Source: Spongospora subterranea f. sp. subterranea (lineage: Eukaryota). Taken from it: 64,000 nucleotides of DNA. A program made the translations under genes and the position numbers. The first letter of the stretch is position 1, and each line of letters starts with the position of its first letter. The stretch covers positions 1 to 64,000 of the forward strand of contig JAUGWO010000131.1 of NCBI GenBank assembly GCA_049724395.1. Direction: 5' to 3'. The notes beneath the pieces are model-generated. The model was not told where the DNA came from and ran no database searches. It was given only the letters and a program-made list of their open reading frames with translations. This document shows positions 50,344 to 63,350 of this stretch, in pieces.

Positions 50344-53236
50344 CTATCGTCTATGTTTGCCCTGGCTTTTTTTGTTTCCTTTTTTGTTGCCAGTGGGCTT
50401 TTTCGAAGATGAGTTGCGTTGAGCGATTTTGGCCTTCTTCGCCCTTTCTTTCCCGATCTGCTCTGCGCTTTTCAGCTCATCCCTGGCCCTTTTATTGCCA
50501 CCTGTGAGTTTGGGTATAGACGGCGTCGAAGAGGCATTGGAGCTCCGGTTGGCGAATCGTCCGCCCGCAGAGTTGATCAGTCCAGACATTGATTGACCAT
50601 GAGATTGTTCTGTAGATCCCACCTAAAACAACACAATCTCTTTAGAATAAAATCTTGTGAATGAATTCGGATACTTTAACCTGAGGAATTGACTTTTTGC
50701 TTTTCGAGCACCACTTCTCATAGACGTCGCTGGGTTTAACATTTTTGCCAACGATCTTGGCACCAGCTTCATTGCGAGCGTCCCGTTGTTGATCAAGCGC
50801 GCTACCAAGGCGAACGAACTTCTTCTTCTTCTGGTCCCATCGACGAATCGTCTTCAATTTGTTCATGGTCTCGGCATCATCACCGTTCACATCCATCATG
50901 AGGTCAGTGATTCTGGCAGGTTTTCCAATCGATGATTCCGCTCCTAACGCTGGGTGCTCGTTCGATGTACCCGCTGATATGAAATTCGATTCATCTCTGA
51001 ACCCGGAATTAGCACCGACTCGACGCTATACGCGATCGTACCTGAAACTTTTAGTGAATTCAGGATCGACATTCTCCCGAGCCTGCCGATGCAGATCAAC
51101 TTGTGCCCCATGAACCTGGCGCATTTCTTTCATAACCGCATCCTGTTTTCCGATTTCGAACACAGTCCCTTCTGTGAAAAACACGATGAGCGACCGGAAA
51201 CACATTAGGTGTTCGGCTACGAACTCGCTTTGTATCCCCTGATTCCAGCTAGAAGATTCTGATATTGGTCTTGCTCCGACGACTTCTCGTCTCGGTAGAT
51301 AGTGTGGAGGAGCAGCGTGCGCAAACAGTACGCCGGCTCTTTCGCAGAACGAACCGATGAAGGAGAAGCACCTGACCGAGTTTTACCTGAAACCGACACA
51401 GAGAATGAAAAAACGTCACACGCGAACGTTTGCGACATACAATACAATTTATAAGCGCGTTCGCAAACACGTTCCATAGAGATTAGGTCATTGGTGTGGC
51501 TGATTTGACGTTTGCAGTTCTCGGTTTGCTGGTCGACAGGGCCGGAGGGCATGGATCCGAATTGTAGGCGGGTATCAGATTCGGATTGGGAGCTGTCATC
51601 TGTGTTGGGTGTGGTTCCGGTATGAGCTGTTGAAGGGAAGCCCATTCCAAGGTATAAGCAGAGATCCAGCATATACGGGCATTCAGCCTGAAAACCGATT
51701 TTGTTAAAATCGACAGGAACGGGAGAGAACGGATCAAAATGTTGATAGAACGTGACGTACAGGTTCAACCAAGGAATAGGCTGATCCCGACCGACCAGCG
51801 CGGGCAACACGTCCAACTCTGTGGATGAACAGTTTTGGAGAGCTGGGGAAGTGGAAGTTGACCACGTTATCAAGAAGAGGTAAATCTAGACCGCGAGCTG
51901 CGACGTCCGTCACGACCAATATTCTCGCACGGCCAGCGCGAAACTTTCCCAGGTTGATCTTTCTTGCCGAGGCGTCCATGGCACCTATCTCGTTCAAAAA
52001 TTGGGTTCTGTTCGGAGCCTTGGTTGAGTGCGGTGGCGACGCTACCGTAGATTAGTGTTGATGAGAATCCGTTATCGGTCAACATTCGGTGAAGAAACTC
52101 GACATGATGGCGTGTACAAGCAAACACCAAGGTTTGATGTTGACGATCAATAGTATTCTGCATCAAATGCATGAATCCTCCAAGTTTCTGATCGGGGCGA
52201 ATTGCGAGGAAGTAGTTCTGGAGAGAGGGTGATATTTTCGCCTCAGTATCGAGTCGAATAATCTGGCACATGCCGACTCAGCAAATGGAAAAGGAGGGAA
52301 CTGAGAGCAGAGGAGATTACCTGTGGGGTATTTAGACCCGCTTGGGTAAAGTCGGCCAATACACGAGGCATGGTTGCCGAAAACAACAGAGTCTGTCGTG
52401 TATCTGACATTAGGTCCAGGATCTGACGCAATTGAGACGCGAAACCCTATCCAACAGCGAATCAGATTTTGACATCGATTCGAATGCGGATAGCGGAGAG
52501 ACCATTTCGAATAAACGATCGGCTTCGTCGAAAACGGCGAATTCAACAGCCTTTAAACTGATTCCCGCTGTCTGTAAGCAGTTTAGTCGATATTATTCCT
52601 CGAACCGATTGAATACCTTGGCGACATGGCACAATCGTCCCGGTGTTGCAATGATGAGATCAGGATTACAGGACAACGCCTCGAACTGTTCCTCCATCGA
52701 GTCACCACCAAGCAGCAAACAATGCCGCAAATCAGTGAATTTGCCAAGGTCCCGGGTATATTTTGACGTTTGCAGCGCCAGCTCTCTGAACGACATTACA
52801 TCGAAATTAATGTGAGATGATGGCAGAAACAGTCCCAATAAACCTGGTTGGCGATAGAATGACGGCTCTTGCTCCAACTACAGTGGCATGTTCTTTGAGT
52901 TTCTCCATGATCGGGATCAGGAACGATGCCGTTTTCCCACTTCCGGTCCTGGCCATGGCCACGAGATCGCGCCCAGTTAATATCGCTGGGATGCACTTCC
53001 TCTGAATTGGGGTCGGTACCCGATACCCTGGGCACCCATCATTCAACAGATATGATCGTGGTCAACTAGCGATTCCATTCCAACAGACCGCGCTTCATAA
53101 TCGATCGAAATATCGGTCCAGAAAGGCCCATACTCTGGAAACCAGATTTACCCGCCTTTCCAGACTTATTAGCCCGCTTACCCGCATGACTATTCGACTC
53201 ATTTATATCATTATCGCTGCCAGATTCAAACCCCAT
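50344..53236 (-). CDS. DDX54: DEAD-box RNA helicase DDX54/Dbp10
   Basis: [63 protein letters not shown] and a DBP10CT-like [10 protein letters not shown]...RNEAG...YEKW and [11 protein letters not shown]. Confidence 0.95.
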
Positions 53237-54067
53237 TATCCCCAATATCCGTCAATTGCCACTTTCGCTGGATTCCCCCCAACGACTTTTCAGAACTATC
53301 TGCCACGGACTGCGCCACGGACAATGACAGTTGGGCGGCATTTTCCCCTGGTGTAGACGGCAATAATGCATCTTTTGAAATTGAGCGTGTCACGTTCCGG
53401 CGCGCCCGCTTTGGATGGCTCGTTTGGGGCGAATATTGCTCATCCAATTGATCATTCGATTATGGAATTAATGGCGGGGGTTGGGCGTTGATAAGTCTTA
53501 TCACACACGTAATGAATGCCGAACTCATGAGTAGTGCTCGATAACGAAGTACTGGTTTGGCAGTGGTTCAGTGATGTTTGACATGTTGTGTGGACGAAGG
53601 CCTATGTTTGGTGTTCTATTTCGCATCCTTGTATGATGGTGAGAACAGTGTCGCTGACTCGATGCTGGATAGCAGCGCGTGCCTTGCGATCGTCGCGAAT
53701 GTGGTCGTTGATGCTCGAGGCTTCCGTGTCTGCATTAAAGTTTTGAGGTGGATCCCCGTCACTCTCATCTAGATCCTTCTCACGATCGTTACCGACACGA
53801 CAACATATATGATTCGCGTTGCGGCTTCAGAAAAGCGCTAAAAAAACACATCACGTACTGGAGTCCCTCCCTGTCGCCATGCATGTAGTAGAACATGGCA
53901 CCAATCAATTGCAGAGCCAAATCACAGCAGGAAAGTTGACTAGGTTCGAGAGGAGAATCGGGCATCTTGACCTGGTGTATGACACCTAGAACCGTTCGTC
54001 TCATGTTTGACTCTGAACTCATCCTTGCCCCGTTGGCCAACGGCGCTACTGTTGCGCCATTACTCCA

Positions 54068-57000
54068 ATGCGTGTCCTAAACTTGTTGGGATTACTGCTT
54101 CTGGCGACCAGACCGACTCGATCTGTGACAACCGAGTCTGGTCATCGTTGGGGCCAACCGCTTGGCTCAGGTCAGGCCAATGCCGCCACAGCCATCGCCT
54201 CCTCGACTTTCTCAGTATGGACGGCGGAATTTCGCTCCAAAGAATTGCCAAATACTGAGATCATTGGTCCTTGCAGGACACCATGTCGCCGTTGCAGGCG
54301 TGGGCAATGCTCCATGACAAGGCCCGAGGTTCACACTATCCAGTATTCGAATATTCGACATTTGAGTCAATTTTGCTGCAAGACAATTCCTTTTTGGAGG
54401 TTTGATTTTTCTAATATCAATCGTGTCGACCAGTTCGGTGAATGTTCTTCGATGAATGTAGTCGTTCAGTTCAACTTCATATAGAGATTCGGATTGTTAA
54501 GTGCGTTTTTAGGAATGTCACTCGAGCCCGTGTTCGAAAATTGACGCGTCCCATATCAGTATTGATCCTCAACAGTTGAGCCAAGATCGCGAGAACCTCG
54601 ATTGCCTTATCGATCCAAATCGAATTCCTATTGAGTCTGCAATTTTTCCGTCAAAAGACTTTCTCGAGAATCTCGTGCCCTTAAACAAAAATGCCCACCA
54701 GTTCGGTGACAGTTCTTCCAAAAACTTAGCCGTTCAGTCCATGTCCAAATTGTGTTTGAGTTTGCTAAGTTCGTCTTAGGATTGGAACCCGAGCACGAGT
54801 TCAAACCGTGATGCAACCCGTATCAGTATTGATCGTCAACAGTCAATTGAAAGCGTAGAGGGCAAAACTTTCGACTGCCGCATCGAAAATACGATTAGTT
54901 TGAAAAATCAGCCTGTTGACGTTCGTGAGAATTTCGTGCCAGTAAGGGATTGCCGAGAATCGTGATCACCAATATCTCCTTATGGCGTACTAGGAAGGAT
55001 TTCCGCAGCAGACTCACAAAATGGATAAGTTTCGTAACTACAAGTACTTGGTGGGATTGAGAATGCTCTGTCCGATCTTAAACTGGGACCTGGATGAGGT
55101 CAAAGACTATGATAGCCTCTGTGTGTTTCTGGTCAGAACTCTGGTTCCCCGCTCTGCCTGGAATCTGATGATCCCAAACGGTATCGTCTGCTTAGGGAAA
55201 GGGGACGAATCCTGAACAGGTCGAGTTTCACGACAGTGTCGCCACGACGGAACACATAATGAAACTACTGCTGCGCGGAAAGTCGGGACGGGATACCGTT
55301 GAGGTTAAACAAAACTGCATCGGTCTTCCTGATCCTAAGCTAATTGGCAAGGCTACCAGCACCCTGCAAAAACTGATCTTAATTTCAAATTTTTTTTTGA
55401 AACTGTTCGCTTGCAGAAAATCGGGTTGTAGTATTAGTCTTAATGTGATCACTTGTTTCAAGCGCACCTGTATCCCCGTCCTTCAATGTTTTGTGAAATG
55501 TTGTGGCAAAGACATGGACCTGTTCCAGACACGTTGGGGAACGCTTTTCAACCACCGTGGTTTCGGATTTTCATGTTGCCCCGGTCCTGGATCAAATCAT
55601 CACATCTGCGGTTCCCAGACGTCGAATATTGTCAGAAACCGTGACTACAGGTTTTCATTCGCCTTTGTTTAGGAAAATTGATGACCATTTGTGCTTGCAG
55701 AGACAAATATTTCGGTTTATTGGATCTCAACGTTCTTGTTCTTGCTATTTCAAAGTCAGAAACCGCAGAAGAAAAACTCAATCTGTTCTGTGAATTCAAC
55801 GAGAAATACCAATCAAGTGGCTCCATTTCTCGAAAGATTCGCCACTCATATTATATTCATTCTGCGAAACCCATCTGGGGGTGCTTTGTTCATCACTGTG
55901 GCCAAAATACAAATGAATGGATTCAAAAATGGGGCCCTCAATTTGCGCATGGACAATTCGGCACGCGGAAATGTCAGGGCTTTAAGTTCCTTCAATGCGG
56001 ATCGATCGACCGACCATTTGATATTCCAGCAAGACTTAAACTTCCCCGTAAATCAACCCGAGACCTCCTCCCAGCGATTTCCAAAATTCTCGAAGAGTAT
56101 GATCAGTTCATGATTACGAAGACACCATCAATGAGATCGCCTCATTCGGGTTTAACCTCTTTGATCAGAAAATGTCGTTTTGTCAACAATTGTTTACATT
56201 GTCATTGCGCTGGAAGTGTTTCGGAATTTGTTCGGAGATGGGGAAAATCTTTCTCCTACAGCAGGTTCAATCGCAATTGCTGTCCTGGAAAAGGCAGAAA
56301 GGTATCTGCTATCTGTCAATATGATTCTCGGTCATCCCAAGGTTAGGTTAGATAATGGTAGACCACTTTCGAGGATCGTGGCTCACCAAAAACAAACAAC
56401 ACCATCTTCTGTTAATGATAAAAAACCCCGATTTCTCAATTTTCAATTTCGATCTTCCACAATTCCGCCAATAACTAGGGCACAAGTCACAACCATGAGC
56501 GGCGATAACAACGACGAACTTTTGAATGGCAACCAAATCTCTGATGCTTAAGTTCAATCTTCGCCGCATAGTTCAATTCAGAACGCGATCAGGAGGGCAC
56601 AGCCTCTCGTGTTCGGGCAAGAAAAAGCGCCGGTCCTGGCTGATCTATTCCAGCGAACGTTCGACGTTTTCCTGAGAGACAATGCGACGTATGACCGCAT
56701 CATCAACGATCAGAGGAATCTCCATAACGAAGAGATCCTCCCACTGCAACAGTCCCCCAGAACGATAAGGTCGCTAACGCCCCTCGTAGAATTCCCGACG
56801 CTATTCGGAGGAGATATGAAGGTCGGGCACCACCGGACGGCGGCTGCCTCGTTTGCAAGGGAAAGGGTTCAGGTTTGTCCAACCAGCACGCACACGCAAT
56901 TGCAAGAGGCGGTCGCAACTCACCAGATGTGGTTTTTTTTTTCACGATACTGGTCGTTTGTGCAGACAACGATCAAGACGACTGATTTGAGCGGCTTAGG

Positions 57001-57100
57001 TGCACGCTGGAGCAACTTGTGCAGGGCAACTGGGTGTCGATAATCTGTACAACAACCTGATCGCCGTCTACCGCAGCAATTCTCATGGGTTTAACACAAA
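54068..57100 (+). CDS. Putative secreted multi-exon protein of unknown function (could be more than one gene)
   Basis: Signal-peptide-like MRVLNLLGLLLLATRPTRS, a Cys-rich first exon, a duplicated intron-exon unit and further plus-strand exons to ~57.1 kb. Confidence 0.4.
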
Positions 57101-57285
57101 CAGACCGACTGATGCACTATCCACGCTCGGTGGGAAAAACCTCATCGCCCCCGCTTATATGACAAATATATAGATCGGTGTCGACAGGGTGTCGGTGATC
57201 ACCCGAAATAACTCATGACGGGGGACTGTCATCTGGTCGAACTGGTTATCGCCATACACCGTCACACGATAACGCCATCCACCCG

Positions 57286-60200
57286 ATGTCGGGTAAATCT
57301 GTCAATACGGGTGGTGTAATACGATCCCCTAAAGATGAACCCCCTCGCTGTATGCCTGTATACTCCCCATCATCCACCGATCTACCTAGGGCACTTCCTC
57401 TTTGGACCACGAAATATGATGGACTCTGTCAGGCCGACGATGACCCTTCAGGGACCATAATCTCGTACCGGCCCCCGTCTACCAACACTGTTATTCGCGT
57501 AGATTCGACCAGTAAGAAGGATTTTCCACGAGATATCATCTCCCCAGTTATACCCGAAACCGGAGAGATGGCCGTCTGTATTGCGACAATCGCTTCCCTG
57601 GTCTCCTTCATCCCACCTGGATCATTTCTCTGGGTTAGTCGCGCCCCTCGTGTCCGGTACCGATAGTTAACCCATCGCCTCCCCTTTTGCAGGAATCGAT
57701 TCGCAAAGAACCGGACCAGAACTTCAGCGTGAAAGTGTTGATGAATGGGGATTGGCGGCGAATAACGGTGACAGGTTCAATACCTTATGACACCAATACC
57801 CAGGAACAAGTATTTCCTCAAACTTCCAATCCAAGCGAGATTTGGCCCTGTTTGTTGGCCAAAGCTGTGTCCAATTTTCGCCACATCGACGCCGTGTCTC
57901 TTCTGACCGGATTTCACTTGGTTAATGGGTTTCTTCCTGATAATGGATTCTTTGCCCAACCAGTACACAGTAAAACCGTCACCGCCAATTACTTCAATTT
58001 GTCGCAATTTCCTGTCAAATTTACGTCGTTCTCGTATACATGGTCGGAATTGTCCAAACCATTCAACAACAAGGCGACCTGTTTGCTGAGCGTGGTGTCG
58101 TCGTCCGATCAGGTCACTTTGCTGAGTTTCGATCCGGTGCAAACCGTTGGCGGCGACGCTTGCTTCACCTGCCAACTGTCTAAGATTGAATCGTGGTCGG
58201 CAAACTCAACCGACCTGATCGCAACATTTACGGGATCGGGTCCTCAACACCATCTGTTGAATTTACGCCCAGGAATGTACAATCTTCAGATAACGTCGTC
58301 ATGTGGCCTCGCCTTGCAATGCCGATCGGAATGCGACGGGGTATTATTAGATAATCAAGAAGGTATAAGATCGGGGTTGCTGATTTTGGATCTCGTTCAA
58401 ATCAACCACCGATTCCAGGTAAAATATGGACGCAGCCGCCGTTCAACTTATTCGTGGCAACTGCCAGTGGGAAACATTCTGGGGCTCCTGGACCCCATCT
58501 ACTCGCAATTTTCGCCAACATAACAGTTGATGTTCCAGCCGATTGCCTGGTCTCGTTCCAGATCGGGTTCGATGATATTCGAATATCGCCATTGGCCGAG
58601 TTATTCGGTGACGATTCCGAGCCAGTTGTGGTCCAGCACGATACGCCAACCCCAATCCAGGCGGGAATCTACACAATGAAACTACTGACCCGATCAGGGA
58701 ACGCAGGTCGGCAATGGAAGTATGATATAGGATATGGCATGAAATTTGATCGATGACGAACTTAGGTATTGTGCCTGGATCGTTCACAGTGAGAATGATC
58801 AGTGATAAGGCGTGCCAATGTGCACTTCTTCCTCTATCGCCAACGACAAAGGTATTCTCAGACGAGTTCAAGTTGGAGTACAGAGATCGGCGCGTATTTC
58901 AGGAGGTTCTAACGACCAATTCGAAGGATATCGTGACGATGTCGTTAGATGTTCACGTCGAATCTGAATATGAACCGCCACCGATAGTTGTGTCAATCGA
59001 TGGCGGTGCCCCTATTATTGGATTTGGCACCATCGCCATACCGTCTGTCAAGATCTCCCTTGGACAAAAACTTGTGTTGCTCTGCAAACTTGATCGGAAA
59101 GGTCCATGGAGTAGCTGGAAAGTTAGGATACAACCAGGCGACTCGATACAGATGTGCTCTAGCACCGAATGGAGGGATAGGCTAGACGCGTTGAAGAAAT
59201 CATGGAACCAGAACGATGCGTCAAGGGCGGAACGATCGACACAAACCCGCCAGGTTTTCACCAGTCGGGATCGGGGCAATGACCTGCCCATTGTCGTATC
59301 TGGGCACATACCGGGATCCAGTATCGACAACACACCAGATACGGTATCGGGTCTAGGTGCGGTCTGCCGACAATATAACGAGGGAGTCGGGAGTGATATT
59401 GACTGGATTCGCCACTTTACCAATCAACAATATCAGCTGATGAAGGTATCGGTCAACACTCAATACCTCACACCTGTATCATAATTGGTCCAGCCGGCCA
59501 CCGTTTCACACGTTACCAGCCCGCGTTTGCGCCGTTTGTAACATAGTTGGCAGTATCATACGTTACCTGCAACGGTTGACACGACGACGTGGGAGATCCC
59601 AACCCGACATTATTGAATTGACTATTTGTTTTATCTGTCGTTTATTTGTTATGATCCCAACGTGTCCCATACAATCTCCGGTTCATTTATTGGCCATTGA
59701 TGGCAGTCCATTGCCGTTCTCCCTCATTTTTTGGAAGTCATCATTTTGAGGCCAGCCTGATCTCAGTGGTCAGGCAGTAATTGAGACAACATTGTCCGAG
59801 CGTGATACATACAGACGCAAGATACTAGGATATGAAGGGCGTATATCGACGTTGCAGCAAGCGATGGCTGACCAAGATTTGGATGCGATATTACGTTGTG
59901 TCGAGGACGTGAAATCATTGCCAGATTGGAAAACGGGTTCCAACATTTACAATGCATACGAGGTCTGTTTCGACATACAGAAAGCCAACATTAAAAGTGC
60001 TATCGACAACGAAGATATGCAAGAGATTCAAGCTGCCTTGAAATCATCAGAACTGTTAGATACACTGCCATTACTGAATGCCGAAGTCTGCCAACAAGTT
60101 AAGGTGGTTTGTCAAGATGCAGTTCGTATTCTGTGCGAGGATGCCGTCAAACCCCTGGTGGAAGCGATGACAGGAGAGCCATCGGCTTGGGATGCGGACA

Positions 60201-60340
60201 CGATCAAAGACGCAGTTCAGGACGAGAGATTAACAGGGAAGCGGCAGCGGGAATTGATGCCAGGGCATGTCGCCCAGGTATTGGATCAGGCTGAGCAGTG
60301 GTTGAAATCTACCGCACCAACACCAATTCCAAATACATAG
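57286..60340 (+). CDS. ADGB: Androglobin-like protein (calpain-like N-terminus, C2-like domains, C-terminal helix)
   Basis: FSVKVLMNGDWRRITVTGSIPYD...FPQTSNPSEIWPCLLAKAV resembles the ADGB calpain-like region. EWRDRLDALKKSWNQNDASRAERSTQTR resembles the ADGB C-terminal motif (D.I.AMK.AWE..EPGRA.KA...R). A plausible intron at ~59446-59771 joins in frame to ORF 59792-60340. Confidence 0.65.
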
Positions 60341-60439
60341 AAAACAAAAGGAAACCACGCTGTTGACGCCAAACATAGAATAATCCTAGATTGGAATTTT
60401 AATGTATAAAAGATGATGCGATAGTGAATATTAGAGGGA

Positions 60440-61618
60440 TCAGCTGCACCTTTGAACGGGCGTTTGGAATATGGCGACAAGCAATGCGGCGATCACCGTT
60501 AGAAGGAACACGTAGCCACCAATCATGAAGGTTCTGGTTCTCGCCGCATCTCGACGGGATTCTTTTAAAAGTTTATCTGCCTTTCTCAATGCCGCTTTGC
60601 TCTCACTGGAGCATTTCCGAAGAACCAGTTCGTATGTGGATTCGGCCTGGTTTAGCTCGGATTTCAGAAGCGATACATTGGCTTCAGCAGTTTGTACACG
60701 CCCTTTCCAGTGATTAACAGCCTCATCAAGAACAATACAGTTCTTCTCAAATAACTCAATCTGCTCCTGCATATCGTTATGTACTACGCCCTCGGGAACT
60801 TGTCTTGTTTTGGTCGTCTCTGTAGCAGACACGGTCGAACCTTCCGCAGTCTGCTTTTCAGATAATTTCATAGGTTGGGTCCCAACGATCAAGATTTCAG
60901 GATTATCGGACAGCGGCGCTAATGAGGTGGACGGATTGGGTTGCAGCAAGTTGAGAACTTGTTCGTCCGGTGCGCGATCGTGATCTGAAATTATGTCTGG
61001 TACTGAAATATTACGGTTTGTGAAAGATGGCGTATCCGCATCGGCCACAACATCTAATCCCAATTGCTCTCCTTCCAATTCAGGGCCAAAACCACAACCT
61101 CTTTCGTTGGAAAGGCTCAGTTTCAACAGCTGATCCGTTCTGTAGGTTAATTCGATATTGGTATCTCCATCCTGCTGTAGACAGTGGCCTGACCGCTCAG
61201 ACTCATTTGATATTTGGCGACACTCTTCATGGTTTGATACTACTGTCGCCACAGATCTGACAGATTTCTGCCCGTCATCTCTCCCAGGGTACAATGACTT
61301 TTTTGCAGTTTGCGCATTGGCCCGAACTGAATCGACGATGGCATAAATTTTGAGAGCAGATATATCGACTCTCTTCCGTAATTGTGGGCTTTCTTTACCT
61401 CTGGCAACGGTTTTCCGAGGCATCAAAACATGGTCTGATCTCCGCCTTCGAATAAGAGTCGTATGGCTCGTTTTCATTTCCTGAACGTCCGAGGGGACGT
61501 CGCTTTTCTCGTTGGGCAAATCTCCCAGACTTTTACGGGATGGCGCCTTCGATCTCGATGTCGTATGCATAGAGGCGCGTTGAGCAAATGCCGACATCTT
61601 GTTCGACACGAGCGACAT
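60440..61618 (-). CDS. Tail-anchored coiled-coil protein (intronless, 392 aa)
   Basis: Disordered N-terminus, coiled coil (MQEQIELFEKN...LLKESRR) and a single C-terminal TM helix followed by an 8-aa tail. Confidence 0.75.
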   Translation of the reverse strand: MSLVSNKMSAFAQRASMHTTSRSKAPSRKSLGDLPNEKSDVPSDVQEMKTSHTTLIRRRRSDHVLMPRKTVARGKESPQLRKRVDISALKIYAIVDSVRANAQTAKKSLYPGRDDGQKSVRSVATVVSNHEECRQISNESERSGHCLQQDGDTNIELTYRTDQLLKLSLSNERGCGFGPELEGEQLGLDVVADADTPSFTNRNISVPDIISDHDRAPDEQVLNLLQPNPSTSLAPLSDNPEILIVGTQPMKLSEKQTAEGSTVSATETTKTRQVPEGVVHNDMQEQIELFEKNCIVLDEAVNHWKGRVQTAEANVSLLKSELNQAESTYELVLRKCSSESKAALRKADKLLKESRRDAARTRTFMIGGYVFLLTVIAALLVAIFQTPVQRCS

Positions 61619-62287
61619 ATTTATATTATGGCAAGTCTATGACTGGCGCTTGATGCACAAGGAAACCAGTATTAAACAGAACTTGACCCTTTTATGGAAA
61701 GTTAGGTAGTGTTGCTCCTTACACCAACCCGGGCGGATGAGACCGATATTTCAATTTACCGCCATGTTGTTGGGCAAGGCAGTCGACCCCAGTGATTCCA
61801 GCATACACGTCAGTGTATTTCGTGGTGATTGCGGCCCTATTACATTACACCACCTCAGTACTGTAGATCGTAAAACAGGTGTCATGTTACACTTGATGAA
61901 CATCATAATGGTAATTGGGGGGTCGTGATCATTGTGTAATTATTGTCGATATCGGTGAACCAGATTCCATTAACTGGTCGATTGTGGTTTCGGGATCCGA
62001 TCGGGCCGCGGACAAATAATCAGTATCGCTCGCTGGGTGCGATTCGGAAATGGGACCAACCATTGACGAGCCGGTATCGTTAAAGCGTTTATCAGCTGCA
62101 GATGTAGCCCGAGGAATGGCGTTTGCATGGGTTGTCATGTCTTTCATTGATATCATTACTGGTCTGCCCATTATCCACCTTTCAGCGGTTAGAGCTCTTG
62201 TCTCCGGTTTCATCCTGTTTAAGCAATTGTTGCCCTCAATAGGTTGCCTTATTTATAGCGGTCGTGTTCGAATGCTACTCTAAAAAA

Positions 62288-63350
62288 ATGTTTTCGCACA
62301 TTGAATCCCTGCTGTTTGTGATTGCATCCTCAGTTGTGTTCATCACCCTCATTACAATATTTGCCTCAAGTTCGATCACGTTCGTTGCAGATGCTGTTTT
62401 ATTAGGTCATGCTGCAATTCAAGTGGATTCCCCAGTTGATTCCAGCGTCACATTCGTTGTTTGCGGTACACTTGTTTTATTCAACTATTGTGCAACCCTG
62501 TGGTTGCGTTATTTCCCAGCTCTAATATGGCGTATTTCGGTGGCTTTATCCGCGTCCATTGGAATCTCATTTCTTCTTTGTTTTCACCTTGGCTCGGACT
62601 ACTCACTTGACGACTGGATAGAAGCTGAGAATATTATTCATGTGAAGTCTGCGAATATCGGGCAATCTGAAGTTTCCAAAAAATCGTGTATGAGCCCTAT
62701 AGTTGTTAAGCCGGTGGATCCGCCAAATACCGCTTCAAATACCGTCTTGCTGCCGCGTGAGCCGAGACGTTTGAGCTCTAAGGATATTGATATCACTTCA
62801 TCGCCAACAAGTGAGCCCAGACGTCTTCTTTCTCAAATCGATGCAACTTCATCGCCAACACGTGAGCCCAGACGTCTTCTTTCTCAAATCGATGCAACTT
62901 CATCGCCAACACTTGCGCCCAGACGTTCACAATCTCAACGTAACGATATTATCAAACCTGAAGCAGAAATGATAACTTCACCAACGGCCACTTCTCCTCA
63001 AGGGTTTTTAGAGAAATTCGCAGCTCATAAAGCCGAGATGGCTTTTCTTGAAGCTAAAGGCCGACTAATTCGCGGTGCCTTACTTACAAAACACACAAAC
63101 GGATCCACACGAGAACGGTTCGTCCGGCTGAACCCTGTGTCCTGCTGCGTTGAGTGGTGGCTTCCCGATTCTTCTTCGCTAGTTGGTCAAGACGCCTGTT
63201 TCGAGTCTTTTATCTGTCTCTTGTTCCGGCATCAGCGATTCCTCGTTTCAGCTTGTGTTCAGCTCCCGAACGGTTGTGTTTGACGCGCCGACTCCCGAAC
63301 AATCTATTCAGTGGCTTTGTGACACGGCTCTGTTGCTGCAGCATAAGCAT
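62288..63350 (+). CDS. Membrane protein with three N-terminal hydrophobic helices, Ser/Pro repeats and a C-terminal PH-like domain
   Basis: Hydrophobic N-terminus. LIRGALLTKHTNGSTRERFVRL...VEW resembles the start of a PH domain. The 3' end is probably spliced and is approximate. Confidence 0.6.
62755..62930 (+). repeat. Coding tandem repeat, 51-bp (17-aa) unit, ~3.5 copies
   Basis: (R/S)EPRRLLSQIDATSSPT repeated. gtgagcccagacgtcttctttctcaaatcgatgcaacttcatcgccaaca is present twice exactly. Confidence 0.92.

Noticed and set aside
60440..60530. C-terminal tail as a KASH peptide
   Set aside because: The tail QTPVQRCS lacks the terminal PPPX or VPT-type motif.
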